From an uncultured virus (IMG/VR IMGVR_UViG_3300046468_002484) (taxonomy: Duplodnaviria; Heunggongvirae; Uroviricota; Caudoviricetes): a stretch of DNA of 20,000 nucleotides. Below the pieces are notes generated by a model that saw nothing but the letters and a program-made list of their open reading frames with translations, searched no databases and had not been told where the DNA came from. This document shows, piece after piece, positions 18,001-20,000 of this stretch. The position numbers and the translations under genes are program-made. How positions within the stretch are numbered: position 1 is the first letter of the stretch; every line of letters starts with the position of its first letter. The DNA lies in the IMG/VR virus record IMGVR_UViG_3300046468_002484. The stretch is one strand, 5' to 3'.

Positions 18001-20000
18001 TTAACTTTCACATTCTATACTTACGAAAATTACAACTTTTCCGTGTGTATTTCCGTTACCCGCATCTCCTCTTAATTCATTGTATAAATTTTGTGTTTTA
18101 GATAGTATACCTTCATAATTAAATATAGGTGAAAGAGGTGTAGTTGTAGTTTTATCGTATTTACCTTCTGTTCCCACGATCATATATCCAGCAGTAGATT
18201 CTCTTCGGTTTATATATCCCGATCCACCACCACCAGAACCATCATAATTTATGGTTGCGTTGCCTCCTGCACCACCATAGTATCCAGCACCACCACCACC
18301 ACCACTTGAATTATCACGGGTTCCACCGGTGCCACCACCTCCAAGTGACCCAGCCGAACCGAATCCAGCAGGATGCTCTATTACAGGTTGCCCACCTGCA
18401 TATGATGTTCCCCCTCCACCACCTTTTTGATCACCATTTGAATTTACCAGTTCTCCGTTAAAATAACTAGCACTTGCAAAACGACTTCCATGAGAACCTT
18501 CAATTCCACCACCAGCACCACCACCACTATATTCACTTGTATGTGTACCAGCACCTCCACCACCTCCAGCAATTGCTATTACATTACTTATATGAGTATT
18601 ACTACGATATATTCCACTCATCCCACCTCCAGATCCTGCACATCCTAGAGTGCCACTCCCCCCGTATCCAGCAGTTTTATTACCAGGAGAATAACCAGGG
18701 ATATTAAAAGAATCAAATGAAGTACCGATTGACGTTTGCCCTACACCGATTGCAAGTTTTTCTCCAGGAATAACTGGTATCACCACTTCAGTAAATCCTC
18801 CGGACCCACCTGAATTAATATGACACCCATCCGAACCACCAGCTCCCCATAAAAGTGCTTTTATGTGAGTGATACCACCCGGTACAATATAAATTTGATC
18901 CTCACCAGTTGCATCGAATTCAGTTATATTATTTTCATCAAAAACTAGTTCCGTACAATCTTTTTCTTGATAGCATTCATTTGCAGAAACATACAATGTT
19001 TTGACCTGATCTCTATAATTTGAGTTTGGAGTTGACCAAGTCGCAAATTGTGGACATGCAGACTTGCTTGTCCATGCATATACATCAACTGGAAACTGTG
19101 ATGGGTTGTTTTCTGAAAATGCCCACATATCCGTAACATAATTTATATCATCAACTTTTTTGATAACACGTAGATATCTGTTTTTAACACAATTTAGTTC
19201 GTAATCAAGATGATCTACAGAAAAGGATGTGCCGTGATCCATCGAACCTCCGAAACCACTCATTCGAAGTCTGTAATATCTGTATAAATTTTCAGATTCT
19301 GAATTAGTATCAGAAAATACCCAATCCATTGTATACTCAGGATGTTGCCAAGTTTCCAACTTTATCCAGTTTACATCATCATCACTTGCTTCTAAGATAA
19401 TTTTACCCCATGTTAATGTTGCAGAATTATTTTCTTTGGTTGTGTACATGGAAACCGATTTCATATAAAACCTACTAAGATGCGAGTGTGTGTGTGCATC
19501 AAGATGAAATACAACAAAATATCTATCAACCCAAGGCATTCTCTTTGTTGACCAAACACCACCAGAACCACTCGTTTTTAACAAATCAAGATTTCCATTG
19601 GAATTTGTAAGTGCGTTTGGTGCGGTTAGTGTAGGTTTGATTGAACACTCTGATAAGCCCCTGACTGATGTTTCCCAATAAGGTTCTTTTCTGTAATCAA
19701 GACCTGCATAAAAATAACTATTGTTATAGTCCGCACCAACTTCACGGAGACCCGACACGCAAAATACATCTGAACAACCGGATATATTTAACTCATTATC
19801 TGAGTTGGTGCATAAATTATTATTGCCACCACCTATACTCCACCCATCTGGGAAAATTGCAGATGATACACACACCTCATCACCATCTAGTATATTAGAA
19901 TGTAAGTCGGATAGTTCATCACTTACAATTTGTGTGTTTGTTGCGAGTGCAAGTCTCCACCTTTGCTCAGATGTAAAAATTAATATTACATGAGTTCCTA
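18001..20000 (-). CDS. Glycine-rich-domain protein with a discoidin/F5-8-like domain; putative tail fibre/virion protein (5' end beyond the window)
   Basis: Frame has no stop from 19875 to 20000 (...GTHVILIFTSEQRWRLA...), so the track's GTG start is probably internal. ILEASDDDVNW...YRYYRL is discoidin-like. FDATGEDQIYIVPGGITHIKALLWGAGG...GGGGGAGYYGG...GGGGSGY...GKVVI is a Gly_rich/ALK-LTK-like domain. Confidence 0.8.
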   Translation of the reverse strand, partial: GTHVILIFTSEQRWRLALATNTQIVSDELSDLHSNILDGDEVCVSSAIFPDGWSIGGGNNNLCTNSDNELNISGCSDVFCVSGLREVGADYNNSYFYAGLDYRKEPYWETSVRGLSECSIKPTLTAPNALTNSNGNLDLLKTSGSGGVWSTKRMPWVDRYFVVFHLDAHTHSHLSRFYMKSVSMYTTKENNSATLTWGKIILEASDDDVNWIKLETWQHPEYTMDWVFSDTNSESENLYRYYRLRMSGFGGSMDHGTSFSVDHLDYELNCVKNRYLRVIKKVDDINYVTDMWAFSENNPSQFPVDVYAWTSKSACPQFATWSTPNSNYRDQVKTLYVSANECYQEKDCTELVFDENNITEFDATGEDQIYIVPGGITHIKALLWGAGGSDGCHINSGGSGGFTEVVIPVIPGEKLAIGVGQTSIGTSFDSFNIPGYSPGNKTAGYGGSGTLGCAGSGGGMSGIYRSNTHISNVIAIAGGGGGAGTHTSEYSGGGAGGGIEGSHGSRFASASYFNGELVNSNGDQKGGGGGTSYAGGQPVIEHPAGFGSAGSLGGGGTGGTRDNSSGGGGGAGYYGGAGGNATINYDGSGGGGSGYINRRESTAGYMIVGTEGKYDKTTTTPLSPIFNYEGILSKTQNLYNELRGDAGNGNTHGKVVIFVSIECES

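Noticed and set aside
19873..19875. GTG start for the last ORF
   Set aside because: The frame is open to the window end and there is no SD motif, so the gene probably starts beyond 20000.
208..19993. Short plus-strand ORFs and the nested minus-strand ORFs (14627-14896, 18945-19139) in the track
   Set aside because: All lie within longer motif-bearing minus-strand genes and lack recognisable motifs. The His-rich 18255-18707 ORFs are the antisense shadow of Gly codons.
1..20000. CRISPR arrays, tRNA/rRNA genes, IS elements, introns/inteins, intrinsic terminators
   Set aside because: Intergenic gaps are all about 60 nt or less. I saw no spaced repeats, cloverleafs, transposase or intein motifs, or GC-rich hairpins with U-tracts.

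Overview
AT-rich (roughly 30% GC by eye), gene-dense window. All 16 supported CDS lie on the minus strand, with short spacers or ATGA/TAATG/GTGA/TGATG-type overlaps and a few Shine-Dalgarno-like motifs. Left part (1-11310) is a glycan synthesis and modification cluster: RmlA/RfbA (partial, missed by the ORF track), a GDP-mannose 3',5'-epimerase, five glycosyltransferase genes (GT31-like, two GT77-like, a GT25 fused to a degenerate GT77 domain, a fucosyltransferase-like GT-B), three sulfotransferases, an SGNH hydrolase and a degenerate DUF1796 protein. A standalone GHKL (MORC-like) ATPase sits in the middle of it. Right part (11323-20000) holds large, modular, virion/adhesin-like proteins: an EF-hand/dockerin-like repeat protein, a 1241-aa protein with a 493-bp near-identical internal duplication, a CARDB-like protein, and a glycine-rich/discoidin-like protein running off the window. 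The best inference is a large tailed (jumbo) phage region for making a sulfated glycan next to structural genes. No hallmark phage gene is in the window, so this origin is not proven. No RNA genes, CRISPR arrays or transposases were seen. Family calls come from motif recognition by eye; no searches were run.
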